NCBI GenBank assembly: GCA_036679645.1 | Contig: JAZDCY010000033.1 | Coordinates: 4,387-68,386, forward strand | Origin: Gemmatimonadota bacterium | Lineage (GTDB): Bacteria > Gemmatimonadota > Gemmatimonadetes > Gemmatimonadales > GWC2-71-9 | Direction of reading: 5' to 3' | DNA length: 64,000 nucleotides | Shown here: positions 55,130 to 64,000 of the stretch, one piece after another | Layout: each line of letters starts with the position of its first letter | How positions within the stretch are numbered: position 1 is the first letter of the stretch | Position numbers and translations under genes: made by a program | Notes under the pieces: generated by a model | What the model saw: only the letters and a program-made list of their open reading frames with translations | Database searches by the model: none | Told to the model about the DNA's origin: nothing

Positions 55130-55210
55130 GATCGCTTTGACCTCAGTGGTTCGGGGTATCTAGATTCCCTAACCTGACCGCATCCTAAGGAGCCCGTCAT
55201 ACCTCTCACC

Positions 55211-55765
55211 ATGCGCCCATCGCAATCGACGCTCGTCGCGGTCGGTCGTGGACTGGCCGCCAGTCGCGACGAACTCGTCAAGTCCTGGACGCAGTGGACG
55301 CTGCGGCGGGTGGCCGCCGCGCAGACCATCAACGCGGCGACCCTCGAGCGGCAGATCGCGCTACTGGTCGACGTGCTCGTGGAGCTTGCCGGTCCGCTCC
55401 GTCGCCAGGCCATGGATCTGTGGCTGGTCGCCTGCGAGGGCTACGGCCGTACCGCGGCCGAGCGCGGCCTGGCCGCCGGCGAGGTGGTAGAAGAGATCCA
55501 GCATCTGCGCGAGCTGTTGATCCGGCATCTCTCCGACGTAGTCGCGGCGTTACCCGCGCGCGCGTTGGTCGCCACGGTGCTTCGCCTCAATCGGTTGGTC
55601 GACAGGGGTATCGCACACGCGGTGGTGGGGTACACGGACGCGCTCGTCGAAATCTTCTTCAACCAACGCGGTGTGCCTGTGGGCACCAGCGGCCCTATCG
55701 AAGAGGAGACCGCCGCCCGTCTGAGCCAGTTGGAGGCCGAGCTCGAGAAGCTGCGCGAGGTGTAG
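55211..55765 (+). CDS. Hypothetical helical protein (RsbRD N-terminal-like)
   Basis: 184 aa, all-helical, weak resemblance to RsbR-type sensor N-domains. Confidence 0.5.
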   Translation: MRPSQSTLVAVGRGLAASRDELVKSWTQWTLRRVAAAQTINAATLERQIALLVDVLVELAGPLRRQAMDLWLVACEGYGRTAAERGLAAGEVVEEIQHLRELLIRHLSDVVAALPARALVATVLRLNRLVDRGIAHAVVGYTDALVEIFFNQRGVPVGTSGPIEEETAARLSQLEAELEKLREV

Positions 55766-55771
55766 CGACCG

Positions 55772-56575
55772 CTAACCGGCGACCTCCTCACCACCATCAC
55801 AGTTGATCACGTTCCCGGTAATCCAATCCGTGCCGCGATCGCACAGAGCCACGACGGCACGCGCCACGTCATCCGGCGTGGTCAGCCGGCCATGCGGATT
55901 CCGTTTGGCCGCTTCCTCGAACAGCTTGTCACTTCCGGGTATGCGAATCGCCGCCGGCGTGCGTGTCACGCCGCCGCGCAGCGCGTTCACCGTAATGCCC
56001 TTGTCACCCAACTCAACTGCAAGTTGGCGCGTGTGGGACTCGAGTGCACACTTTGCCGCCGACACCGCACCATACGATGAGATGACGCGCGTCGAGCCGG
56101 AGGAGGTCATTGCAAGGATCCTCCCGCCTTGTCCCATCAGTCCGCGGTGCACCAGATCCTGCGCCCAGTACACGAGGGAATGCCCCATGACATCGAGCGT
56201 CATGTCGATATTCTTTTTGCTCAGTACGTCGTCGCCGATGTACGGCTTGAGCGTGCCAAACGCGAGCGAGTGCATCAAGACGGCAATCGTGCCGCCATTC
56301 GCCTGAGTTTCCTCTGCGAGGGCGTCGCACACCTGAGTGCGCTTTACTTCATCGGCCGCATTGATATTGAAAAACAGCGTGCGCCGGCCGAGCCCTTCGA
56401 TGTGCTGCTTGATCTCATCGACGTGCTTGACCCCGGCCTTGCGGTCCAGATGGACGCCCGCTATGTCGTACCCTGCGGCGGCAAGCGCCCTCACGGTCGC
56501 TTCGCCGAATCCGCTCGACGCTCCAAGCACGAGGGCCCAGCGCGGCGTCGTCGTCTGTGCGTGCGCCAACCCCAA
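55772..56575 (-). CDS. SDR family oxidoreductase (FabL-like enoyl-ACP reductase type)
   Basis: LVLGASSGFG Rossmann motif and a YxxxK-equivalent (YGAVSAAK). Confidence 0.85.
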   Translation of the reverse strand: MGLAHAQTTTPRWALVLGASSGFGEATVRALAAAGYDIAGVHLDRKAGVKHVDEIKQHIEGLGRRTLFFNINAADEVKRTQVCDALAEETQANGGTIAVLMHSLAFGTLKPYIGDDVLSKKNIDMTLDVMGHSLVYWAQDLVHRGLMGQGGRILAMTSSGSTRVISSYGAVSAAKCALESHTRQLAVELGDKGITVNALRGGVTRTPAAIRIPGSDKLFEEAAKRNPHGRLTTPDDVARAVVALCDRGTDWITGNVINCDGGEEVAG

Positions 56576-56606
56576 CCTCCGGTGAACGGTCCGCGGAAAC
56601 TACCCC

Positions 56607-57830
56607 ATGAGCAAGAACGTCGCTATCGCGGTCGGTCTCGTGCTGGGTCTGGGCCTCGGACTGGCCGCCGCTGGCACCCAATCTACGGCACTCCTGAAGC
56701 TGGCCGATGGAGTTGCACCACTGGGCGAAGCATTCATCAATCTGATCAAGGTTGTGGTGGTCCCGCTCGTTGCCGCGACGCTCTTTACCGGTGTAGCTAA
56801 CCTGGGCAGTTTCCGTCAGTTAGGCCGACTGGGCGGCATGGCGCTCGCGTTCTATTGGGGAACGACGATCGTCGCCATCACGATGGGGATGGCCATCACC
56901 GCGGCGGCGCTGCCGCTCGCGGGACCCGCTGGAACCCTCCAACCATCCGGCGAGTTCGTGGCACCCGACATTCCCGGCTTCACGGAATTCCTGGTGAACC
57001 TGGTGCCGTCAAACGTGTTCGCCGTCGCGGCCGAGGGCGCGCTGCTCCCGCTAATGGTCTTCACCGTGCTGTTCGGTGCGGCCGCCGGTGCGCTGCCACC
57101 GCCTGAGAAACGGCGTCTGCTGGATCTCGTCGATGCGCTCACGAAGGCCCTGATCACGCTCGTGCACTGGATTCTCTGGACCGCACCGGTCGGCGTGTTT
57201 GCGCTCGCGGCACCGGTCACCGCCAAGACGGGCTTCGACCTGCTGCGGAACCTGGGAGTCTTCGTGGGCGCCGTTGCAGTGGGGCTCCTGTGTTTCGTAG
57301 CCCTTGTTTACCTGCCGGCCGTGAAAATTATTGGCAAGACGAACGTGCGGCGTTTCCTCCCGGCCAATCTCGGGACTGTAACCATTGCCTTCTCGACCAC
57401 CAGCACAGCCGCTACGTTGCCGGCCATGTTCGAGGCCGCCGAAGACCGGTTAGGCGTATCCCGCACGGTTACCAGTTTCGTACTGCCACTCGGCGCCGCC
57501 CTCAATCGGGCGGGAAGCGCGCTCTTTCAGGGGTCGGCTATCGTCTTTCTTGCGCATCTGTACGGCGTGGACGTCGCGGCCACCGCAATAGGCGGCGCGA
57601 TCGTTGCGACCTTTCTCGTGGCCCTCACCGTCGCCGGCGTGCCCAGCGCGAGCGTCATGACCCTGCCCCCCGCATTAGCGACGGTCGGTATCCCGCTGGA
57701 CGGCATCGGCATCCTCCTCGGCGTAGATCGCATCCCGGACATGTTGCGCACGGCGGTGAACGCTACGGGTGACGTGGCCGCGTGTGTCATCCTCAAAAGC
57801 TCCGTCGGGGCCGCTCAATCACAGGAGTGA
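56607..57830 (+). CDS. Dicarboxylate/amino acid:cation symporter (DAACS, GltP/DctA family)
   Basis: 407 aa; the family-typical SSAATLP-like motif is present as STTSTAATLP; …DRIPDMLRTAVNATGD…. Confidence 0.9.
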   Translation: MSKNVAIAVGLVLGLGLGLAAAGTQSTALLKLADGVAPLGEAFINLIKVVVVPLVAATLFTGVANLGSFRQLGRLGGMALAFYWGTTIVAITMGMAITAAALPLAGPAGTLQPSGEFVAPDIPGFTEFLVNLVPSNVFAVAAEGALLPLMVFTVLFGAAAGALPPPEKRRLLDLVDALTKALITLVHWILWTAPVGVFALAAPVTAKTGFDLLRNLGVFVGAVAVGLLCFVALVYLPAVKIIGKTNVRRFLPANLGTVTIAFSTTSTAATLPAMFEAAEDRLGVSRTVTSFVLPLGAALNRAGSALFQGSAIVFLAHLYGVDVAATAIGGAIVATFLVALTVAGVPSASVMTLPPALATVGIPLDGIGILLGVDRIPDMLRTAVNATGDVAACVILKSSVGAAQSQE

Positions 57831-58651
57831 CACAGGTCATTCGGCTGGTTTCCGTCAATATCTGGGACCTGCCCATCCACGTACCGTTCGGTGACCGTCA
57901 CGGACGTCGCCGGCACCTGCTCGCGCAGCTCCCACAACTCGACGCGGATCTCGTGTTGATCCAAGAGGCGTTTCGGCCGGCGTTCCGCGCGCGCTTGCAC
58001 GAGCAGATGGCGTACTCCTACTGGGCGCCGGACCCGGACACATCGCGGCGCGTCCTGTGGATGCACATGGATCGACACGGCGGCCTGATGACCTTCTCTC
58101 GCTGGCCCATTGAGCGAACGACGTTCCAACTCTGGCGTTCGCCACCGCGCATGCGAATCGACGAGCGGATTGGCGGCAAGGGCTGCCTCTGGACCCGCAT
58201 CGCAACACCTGCCGGGGCGCTGCTGGTAGGCCACGTCCACATGTACGCGGGCAACGCCGCGCGCGACGCGCGTGCGCGCTGGGGGCAAACGCGCGAGCTA
58301 CTGACCCGAGGTGCGATCGATAGCACGTTGCCGACGTTGCTCATGGGCGACTTCAACATGGCCCGAGACGTGGAAACCACGCTGCGCAAGGATACCGGGT
58401 TCGATCTCTTGGACGATGACGGGTTCGAGGAGATCGCGGGGGGGTATACGGGCGATCTTGCGACGATGGCACCGCGCCGGAACCGTTACGCCGCGTTCGT
58501 GCAGCGCGTGCGTCGCGGGCGCCGTCCGACTCAAGTGTTCTTCCGGGGCCTGCATCCGGGACCTCCGCCGCCACGCATCTGCCTCGACGATCCTCCCGTG
58601 TCCGACCACTTCGGCCTGGCGGCCGAATTGCGAATGACGAATGTCCAATGA
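57827..58651 (+). CDS. Endonuclease/exonuclease/phosphatase (EEP) family protein
   Basis: GTG start overlaps the upstream TGA; …VSVNIWDL…LIQEAF…GDFN…SDHFG…. Confidence 0.75.
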   Translation: MTQVIRLVSVNIWDLPIHVPFGDRHGRRRHLLAQLPQLDADLVLIQEAFRPAFRARLHEQMAYSYWAPDPDTSRRVLWMHMDRHGGLMTFSRWPIERTTFQLWRSPPRMRIDERIGGKGCLWTRIATPAGALLVGHVHMYAGNAARDARARWGQTRELLTRGAIDSTLPTLLMGDFNMARDVETTLRKDTGFDLLDDDGFEEIAGGYTGDLATMAPRRNRYAAFVQRVRRGRRPTQVFFRGLHPGPPPPRICLDDPPVSDHFGLAAELRMTNVQ

Positions 58652-58668
58652 TGAATTACGAATGTCGA
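58625..58668. repeat. Degenerate short-period repeat (CGAATGWC-like words)
   Basis: Reads gcgaatga cgaatgtc caatgatg aattacga atgtcgag. Spans the EEP stop and the next gene's leader. Confidence 0.4.
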
Positions 58669-58678
58669 GGGTGCTGCC

Positions 58679-59044
58679 GTGCTCCTGCGCCTCCTCGCTG
58701 ATACGCTCGTCGCCGTCCACTTCGCCTTCGTGCTGTTCGTCGTGTTCGGCGGGTTCCTCACCTGGCGTTGGCAACGTGCCGCGTGGATCCACCTGCCGGC
58801 GGCGGCATGGGGCGCGCTCATCGAGTTCATGGGATGGATTTGTCCGCTCACGCCGCTCGAGAACACGCTTCGACGCCAGGCGGGTGAAGCAGGGTACACG
58901 GGCGGGTTCATCGAGAACTACGTCATACCGATCGTCTATCCGGCGGGACTCACCCGCAACGTGCAGTTGATGCTCGGTGTGCTGGTAGTGGCGGTGAATC
59001 TGGTAGCGTATTGGGGGTTGGCGAGAAGACGAAGAGGAGACTGA
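58679..59044 (+). CDS. DUF2784 family membrane protein
   Basis: GTG start; …HFAFVLFVVFGGFL…GWICPLTPLENTLR… is typical of DUF2784. Confidence 0.7.
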   Translation: MLLRLLADTLVAVHFAFVLFVVFGGFLTWRWQRAAWIHLPAAAWGALIEFMGWICPLTPLENTLRRQAGEAGYTGGFIENYVIPIVYPAGLTRNVQLMLGVLVVAVNLVAYWGLARRRRGD

Positions 59045-59058
59045 CTTATCTTCCGACC

Positions 59059-60933
59059 ATGCCAAACACTCTCCCCCCACTGATCCCCCGTGACGTGCTC
59101 TTCGGCAACCCGGAACGGGCGTCCCCCCAGATCTCGCCCGACGGCCGTCGCCTAGCGTACTTGGCACCACTGGACGGCGTCCTGAACGTCTGGGTCGGCC
59201 CCACCGGTGGAGATGCATATGAACCGGTCACCCATGATGCGGATCGCGGCGTGCGCGTCTATTTCTGGGCGCACGACGGACGGCACCTGATCTACCTGCA
59301 GGACAAGGGGGGCGACGAGAACTGGCGGCTGCATTCGGTCAATCTGGAGAGCGGGACCGAACACGACCTGACCCCATTCGAGAAGGTACAGGTCAACATC
59401 CTCGCTCACCGCAAGCAGCACCCGCACGAGATCCTGTTCGCCATGAACAAGGACGACGAGCAGTTGCACGATGTCTACCATCTCGACTTGCGCACGAACG
59501 AGATACAGCAGGTCGAAAAGAACCCGGGCGATGTGATGGGCTGGATTGCGGATGTCGACTTGCGGGTGGCCGCGTGTGTTGCCATGACACCCGATGGCGG
59601 CTCGACGCTTCGTGTTCGCGACGGCGAGGCCGAATGGCGTGACGCAGTCACGTGGACCCCCGAAGACGCTCTGACGTCCGGCCCCGTCGGATTCTCGCTG
59701 GATGGCGCCACCCTTTACCTGGACGAATCCCGGGACGCAAACACGTCACGCCTCGTCGCCCTCGACGTCGCAACGGGCGACACGCGCGTGATCGCCGAGG
59801 ACCCACGTTACGACGTGGGCGGACTCCTCATGCATCCCGATACCCGTGAGATCCAGATGGTGGCGTTCGTGCGCGCGCGGCAGGAATGGACCGTGCTCGA
59901 CGCCACGATCGCGGAGGACATCGAGCGCATTCGCGCGCTGCACCCCGGCGATTTCGACATCACCGATCGCACACACGACGACCGCACCTGGGTGGTTGGC
60001 TTCAACGCGGCGAGTCAATCGGTGTCGTTCTATCTGTTCGACCGCGCGACCGGAGAAGGCACGTACCTGTTTCACACGCGTCCCTCGCTCGCCGAGTACG
60101 ACCTGGCGGACATGGAGCCCATTGCCTTCGACGCGCGGGACGGGCTCCGGATCGAGGGCTACCTCACGCTGCCCCCCGGTGCGGAGCGCACGAACCTCCC
60201 GACCGTACTGCTGGTCCACGGCGGACCCTGGCACCGCGACGTGTGGGGCTACGATCCAGAGGCGCAGTGGCTCGCCAACCGCGGGTATGCGTGCCTTCAG
60301 GTGAACTTCCGCGGGTCGACGGGCTACGGTAAGGATTTCGTGAACGCCGGTGACCGCGAGTGGGGCGCCAAGATGCACGACGATCTCGTCGATGCGGTGC
60401 GGTGGATCGTCGGCCAGGGCATTGCCAATGCAGACCGCATCGCGATCTACGGCGGGTCGTATGGCGGGTACGCGGCGCTGGCGGGTGCGACGTTCACGCC
60501 CGATCTGTTCTGCTGCGCGGTCGACATCGTCGGACCCAGCAACCTGATCACGTTCATCCAGACGATCCCGCCGTATTGGACAACGTTCCTCGGCATGCTG
60601 CACCGGCGCGTGGGCAATCCCGAGACGGATGAGGAGTTCCTGACGTCCAGGTCGCCTCTCACGTATGTCGACCGCATTCAGATCCCCCTGTTGATCGCGC
60701 AGGGTGCGAACGATCCGCGGGTCAAGCAATCAGAAGCGGAGCAGATCGTGGCCGCGATGGAGAAGAAGGGGATTCCCCACGAGTACATGCTGTTTGAGGA
60801 TGAGGGACACGGGTTTGCCAAACCGGAGAGCCGGCTCCGGTTCTACACGGCGGCGGAGCGCTTCCTTGCGCAGCACCTCGGCGGGCGGTATGAACAAGCG
60901 ACGGAGCCAGAACCCGAGGAGAGGTCAGCATGA
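59059..60933 (+). CDS. S9 family serine peptidase (prolyl oligopeptidase / dipeptidyl aminopeptidase type)
   Basis: Start MPNTLPPLIPRD. N-terminal beta-propeller, GGSYGGY nucleophile motif, C-terminal D and H residues. Confidence 0.9.
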   Translation: MPNTLPPLIPRDVLFGNPERASPQISPDGRRLAYLAPLDGVLNVWVGPTGGDAYEPVTHDADRGVRVYFWAHDGRHLIYLQDKGGDENWRLHSVNLESGTEHDLTPFEKVQVNILAHRKQHPHEILFAMNKDDEQLHDVYHLDLRTNEIQQVEKNPGDVMGWIADVDLRVAACVAMTPDGGSTLRVRDGEAEWRDAVTWTPEDALTSGPVGFSLDGATLYLDESRDANTSRLVALDVATGDTRVIAEDPRYDVGGLLMHPDTREIQMVAFVRARQEWTVLDATIAEDIERIRALHPGDFDITDRTHDDRTWVVGFNAASQSVSFYLFDRATGEGTYLFHTRPSLAEYDLADMEPIAFDARDGLRIEGYLTLPPGAERTNLPTVLLVHGGPWHRDVWGYDPEAQWLANRGYACLQVNFRGSTGYGKDFVNAGDREWGAKMHDDLVDAVRWIVGQGIANADRIAIYGGSYGGYAALAGATFTPDLFCCAVDIVGPSNLITFIQTIPPYWTTFLGMLHRRVGNPETDEEFLTSRSPLTYVDRIQIPLLIAQGANDPRVKQSEAEQIVAAMEKKGIPHEYMLFEDEGHGFAKPESRLRFYTAAERFLAQHLGGRYEQATEPEPEERSA

Positions 60934-60989
60934 CGGGCGCGGAAGCCGCGGCGTTCTACACGAAGACGAAAGAACCTCTGTAGTGATCC

Positions 60990-62384
60990 ATGGCCATCAC
61001 AATTCTCGCCATCGGCCTGCTCGTCTTCGTCGGGCATTTTCTCGCGGGGTTCTTCGAGCGCACGAAGGTGCCAGACGTGCTCATTCTCATGCTCGCGGGG
61101 ATCGTGCTCGGTCCGGTGCTCGGCGTGGTCGAGTCACGCGACTTCGGACGCGTAGGAGATGTCTTCGCCACCCTGGCCCTGATCATCATCCTCTTCGAGG
61201 GCGGGATCCACCTCAACCTGCGGCATCTAGCGGCTGCCGCCGCGGATACGTTGACCGTCTCGCTCGCCACGATGGCGGTGACCGTCATGTCGCTTGCCTT
61301 GCTCGGCGAACTGTTATTGGGCATCGATTTCCCGACGGCGCTGCTCGTTGCGACCGTGCTGGGCGGGACATCATCGGCGGTCGTGGTGCCGCTGCTGCGC
61401 ACGCTCAAACTGAGTGCGACACCGAGCACCGTGCTGTTTCTCGAATCGTCCATCACAGACGTGCTCGTCATCGTGCTCACTTTGGGTCTCATCCAAGGCA
61501 TGCGCACGGGACTCGGTGGCGCGGGAATGGATGGCGCGGGCCTCACACTCGGCGTGGTGGGCTCGTTCGTGTGGGCGGGGCTCATCGGTGCGGCGGGCGC
61601 CTTCGTGTGGTCGGCGTTGCTGGACAAGGTAAGGCAGCTACCGAACACGGTGTTCACGACGATCGCATACGTGTTCATTCTCTTCGGCATCGCCGAGTTG
61701 TCCGGTTACAGCGGCGCTATCGCGGCTCTGGCATTCGGGATTGCCGTCGCGAACTTTCCCAACATTCCGGAACGGTTCTTCGGCAAGGTCTTTAGTTTCC
61801 GACTCGCCGCCTTTGCGGATCACGAACGGGCATTCTTTGCGGAAGCGGTCTTTCTCGTCAAGACATTCTTTTTCGTCTTCCTCGGCGTGTCCATGTCGTT
61901 CGCGGATCGGCGCGCGGTCGTGGCAGGCGTGTTGCTCGCCGTAGTGATATTTCTGGTCCGCACCGTCATCATGCGGCTCGTGGGACCGGCAAGCGCGTCG
62001 CGGCGTGACGCTGCCCTCATGACCGCGCTGGTACCAAAGGGTCTCGCCGCCGCCGTGCTCGCGTCGCTGCCGCTCCAGGCGGGGCTGCCCGGTGCAGAGA
62101 TCGTCCAGGCCACCGTCTACGCCGTGGTGTTCTTTACGATCGTGTTCAGCGCGGCTCTGGTGATTGCGGTCGAGCGTGGCTGGCTGGACCCGGTTACGGC
62201 ATTCTGGTACGCGAAGTACCCACTCCAGGTCGCACCCTCCGACGCACAGGTGCGCACCTCGCGACAGATCATGCAACAGAGTCTCGTGGTGGCGGACTTG
62301 GCCGGTCTCCAGGAACCCAACCCGATCCCCGATCTCGGGACCCCGCAAGCAGGCGACGCGCCGGCAGAGGAAAGCGAGTCGTAG
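60990..62384 (+). CDS. Cation:proton antiporter (CPA1/NhaP-type Na+/H+ exchanger)
   Basis: 464 aa, 11-12 TM segments, …LFEGGIHL… and other Na_H_Exchanger features. Confidence 0.85.
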   Translation: MAITILAIGLLVFVGHFLAGFFERTKVPDVLILMLAGIVLGPVLGVVESRDFGRVGDVFATLALIIILFEGGIHLNLRHLAAAAADTLTVSLATMAVTVMSLALLGELLLGIDFPTALLVATVLGGTSSAVVVPLLRTLKLSATPSTVLFLESSITDVLVIVLTLGLIQGMRTGLGGAGMDGAGLTLGVVGSFVWAGLIGAAGAFVWSALLDKVRQLPNTVFTTIAYVFILFGIAELSGYSGAIAALAFGIAVANFPNIPERFFGKVFSFRLAAFADHERAFFAEAVFLVKTFFFVFLGVSMSFADRRAVVAGVLLAVVIFLVRTVIMRLVGPASASRRDAALMTALVPKGLAAAVLASLPLQAGLPGAEIVQATVYAVVFFTIVFSAALVIAVERGWLDPVTAFWYAKYPLQVAPSDAQVRTSRQIMQQSLVVADLAGLQEPNPIPDLGTPQAGDAPAEESES

Positions 62385-62386
62385 GC

Positions 62387-62911
62387 GTGTCCGGTAGTAT
62401 CCGCATCCACTATCATCGTCCCGGCAAAGGGACAACGATTCTCGACGAGCAGCTCGTGCTCGACAGGGCTGACGTCAAGGTCACGTTGCTCCCGGCGTTC
62501 TCCGAAGATGATGTACGGGTTGGTCGCGACATTATTCTCGCCCGTGATGCGCCGGTCGTGTGGTATGTGTTCCCATCCTCGTGGCGCGATGTCGGTCGGT
62601 TTCATCTCGCGGACGGGACGTTCACCGGCTGGTACACCAACCTGCGCTACCCGATGACGATCGAGGGATTGGATTGGTCGTGTACGGATCTGTTCCTCGA
62701 CCACTGGCAGCCGAGCAGTGGCCCGGGGATCTGGCTGGATGAGGATGAATTTGGTGACGCCTTCACCAACGGGCTGATCACCGAGGACGCCCGCACACGC
62801 GTTCTGACGGAACGGGCCGAGATCGAGGAGGGTCTGCAGAACGGTTCATGGCCGCCTCCCATCACGCGGGAGATCGACCTCGCCGGCGCCCGGGCGGCAC
62901 TCGCCGGCTAG
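62387..62911 (+). CDS. DUF402 domain protein (FomD-like nucleoside diphosphatase fold)
   Basis: GTG start; …WYTNLRYPM…DLFLDHW…. Confidence 0.7.
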   Translation: MSGSIRIHYHRPGKGTTILDEQLVLDRADVKVTLLPAFSEDDVRVGRDIILARDAPVVWYVFPSSWRDVGRFHLADGTFTGWYTNLRYPMTIEGLDWSCTDLFLDHWQPSSGPGIWLDEDEFGDAFTNGLITEDARTRVLTERAEIEEGLQNGSWPPPITREIDLAGARAALAG

Positions 62912-63040
62912 CACAAACACACATCGCCGCGACGCCGATTACGGCGCAAAGGCATCACCCGGCGGGCAAACGCGTTCCTTTCGCACCGCCCGCGTTCTTG
63001 CGGTACCACATCGTGGCCCCGGGACTCGTAGCGTCGGCGC

Positions 63041-64000
63041 ATGCTCCGCACGCGCGTTACGTCAGTGCGCTCCGTCCACGACTGCTCTGCCCTCTTCGCC
63101 GAACTCGGCTACCAGCCGACCGATACGCCGTTCGACGCAGGCTGGACCATCGTGGCACGCTGGCAGCGATTCCCTGTGATCGCGGCCGACGCCGCGGCAC
63201 CTCGGGAAGTTGCGCGTACAATGGCGCGGTCGCTATCTGGATCCGCGCGTACGGGGCTGGTCGTCGCGATCCAGAGCGGGCAAGAGTTGGTCTTGGCTAC
63301 GCCGCGGGTCGGGCACGTTGGGTGCAGTCGCATCCTCACCATCTCCACCTCGAGCCCGGGCCACTTCGCGCTCCAGCAACTCGAAGCCCTTCGGCCCAGA
63401 CACGAGAGCAACTCGCTCACGCACGCACTCCGAGTCCTCGATGTCCTGGAAAGCGAGGAGGTGGGCGAACGGTTCTTCACCGCCTTTCGCACCATCCATC
63501 TCCGAATGAGCGCGTTCCTGAATGACAGGGGGACCGCCGATGAACGATCCCTCATGGCGTTACTCACGCTGACGCGCGTCCTGTTTCTCTATTTCGTCCA
63601 GGCCAAGGGATGGCTCGACGGTCGTGCTGACTACCTGAAACAACTCTTGGACACCGCCCTTTCGCGCCGGCAGCCCTTTCATCGTGACGTGCTCCACCCG
63701 CTGTTCTTCGGCACGCTCAACCGTGCGCCCGCAGAGCGCGAGACGCATGCCGGCCTCGGCGCGGTTCCCTACCTCAACGGCGGTCTCTTCGAACCCCATC
63801 CCGTCGAACGCCGTCTGGGCCACGCGCTGTTTCCAAACCGGCTCTGGCGCGATGCGTTCGATGATCTGTTCGAGCACTACAAATTCTGCGTGCGCGAGGA
63901 CGACGAGGTCGGCGCCATCGCGCCGGACATGCTCGGCCGCGTGTTCGAACGCATCATGAGCGCCGAGGAACGTCACGCCACCGGTACCTACTACACACCG
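63041..64000 (+). CDS. N-terminal part of a type IIG / PglX-like N6-adenine DNA methyltransferase (truncated by the window end)
   Basis: Own translation from the ATG at 63041 is open to the last base: …LFLYFVQAKGWLDG…LFFGTLN…VPYLNGGLFEP…FEHYKFCVRED…LGRVFERIMSAEERHATGTYYTP. Not in the ORF track because there is no stop. Confidence 0.7.
   Translation, partial: MLRTRVTSVRSVHDCSALFAELGYQPTDTPFDAGWTIVARWQRFPVIAADAAAPREVARTMARSLSGSARTGLVVAIQSGQELVLATPRVGHVGCSRILTISTSSPGHFALQQLEALRPRHESNSLTHALRVLDVLESEEVGERFFTAFRTIHLRMSAFLNDRGTADERSLMALLTLTRVLFLYFVQAKGWLDGRADYLKQLLDTALSRRQPFHRDVLHPLFFGTLNRAPAERETHAGLGAVPYLNGGLFEPHPVERRLGHALFPNRLWRDAFDDLFEHYKFCVREDDEVGAIAPDMLGRVFERIMSAEERHATGTYYTP

Noticed and set aside
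54290-55177. 295-aa ORF on the plus strand
   Set aside because: It is antisense to the alpha/beta hydrolase gene (GHSRGG nucleophile elbow on the minus strand).
58298-59218. 306-aa ORF on the minus strand
   Set aside because: It overlaps the EEP, DUF2784 and S9 peptidase genes on the opposite strand. It is Arg-rich with no motifs.
59746-60729. 327-aa ORF on the minus strand, and the 363-aa ORF 60704..61795 on the plus strand
   Set aside because: The first is antisense to the S9 peptidase. The second is out of frame with the peptidase 3' end and the CPA1 antiporter. Both are Arg-rich shadow ORFs.
61638-62435. 265-aa ORF on the minus strand
   Set aside because: It is antisense to the cation:proton antiporter gene and has no membrane or domain features of its own.
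63109-63567. 152-aa minus-strand ORF, and the 225-aa plus-strand ORF 62848..63525
   Set aside because: Both overlap the open plus-strand frame from 63041, which carries clear DNA methyltransferase N-terminal motifs through to the window end.

Overview
High-GC (about 65%) bacterial chromosomal segment. The Ser/Thr kinase style, TolB-like/TPR proteins and low Shine-Dalgarno usage suggest Gemmatimonadota or Acidobacteriota, but that is inference only. Most of the window is housekeeping and transport genes: DUF885, an SSS symporter, a TRAP transporter, rnz, mlaFED, nadE, an OppA-like binding protein, a DAACS symporter, an S9 peptidase and a CPA1 antiporter. It also holds a sigma-54 module (two DUF4382 lipoproteins, an enhancer-binding protein and a TPR protein) and a DtxR / multicopper oxidase / ZIP operon. 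Two accessory regions stand out. (1) From about 18.8 to 25.9 kb, next to tRNA-Gln and tRNA-Ala, lies a cassette-like island. It carries HigBA, an RHH-PIN pair, Mrr, a PAS protein, a GGCT protein, tiny membrane proteins and gene fragments. The island is punctuated by at least 5 copies of a roughly 170 bp repeat whose terminus is GCCTAAC/GTTAGGC, and it also contains a 39-nt direct repeat pair and a duplicated tRNA-Gln 3' end. No recombinase gene is visible in the window. (2) From about 50.2 to 53.3 kb lies a mobile patch with an IS1595 transposase, a GIY-YIG protein, a HARE-HTH protein and two odd tRNAs. One of these is a 105-nt type-II (Leu-like, A73, encoded CCA) tRNA with a Pro UGG anticodon. 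Several genes are broken by internal deletions or 1-nt frameshifts. Many intergenic spacers carry different 7-8 nt tandem repeats. The window ends inside a type IIG/PglX-like DNA methyltransferase gene. All family assignments come from reading the supplied translations; no database search was run.
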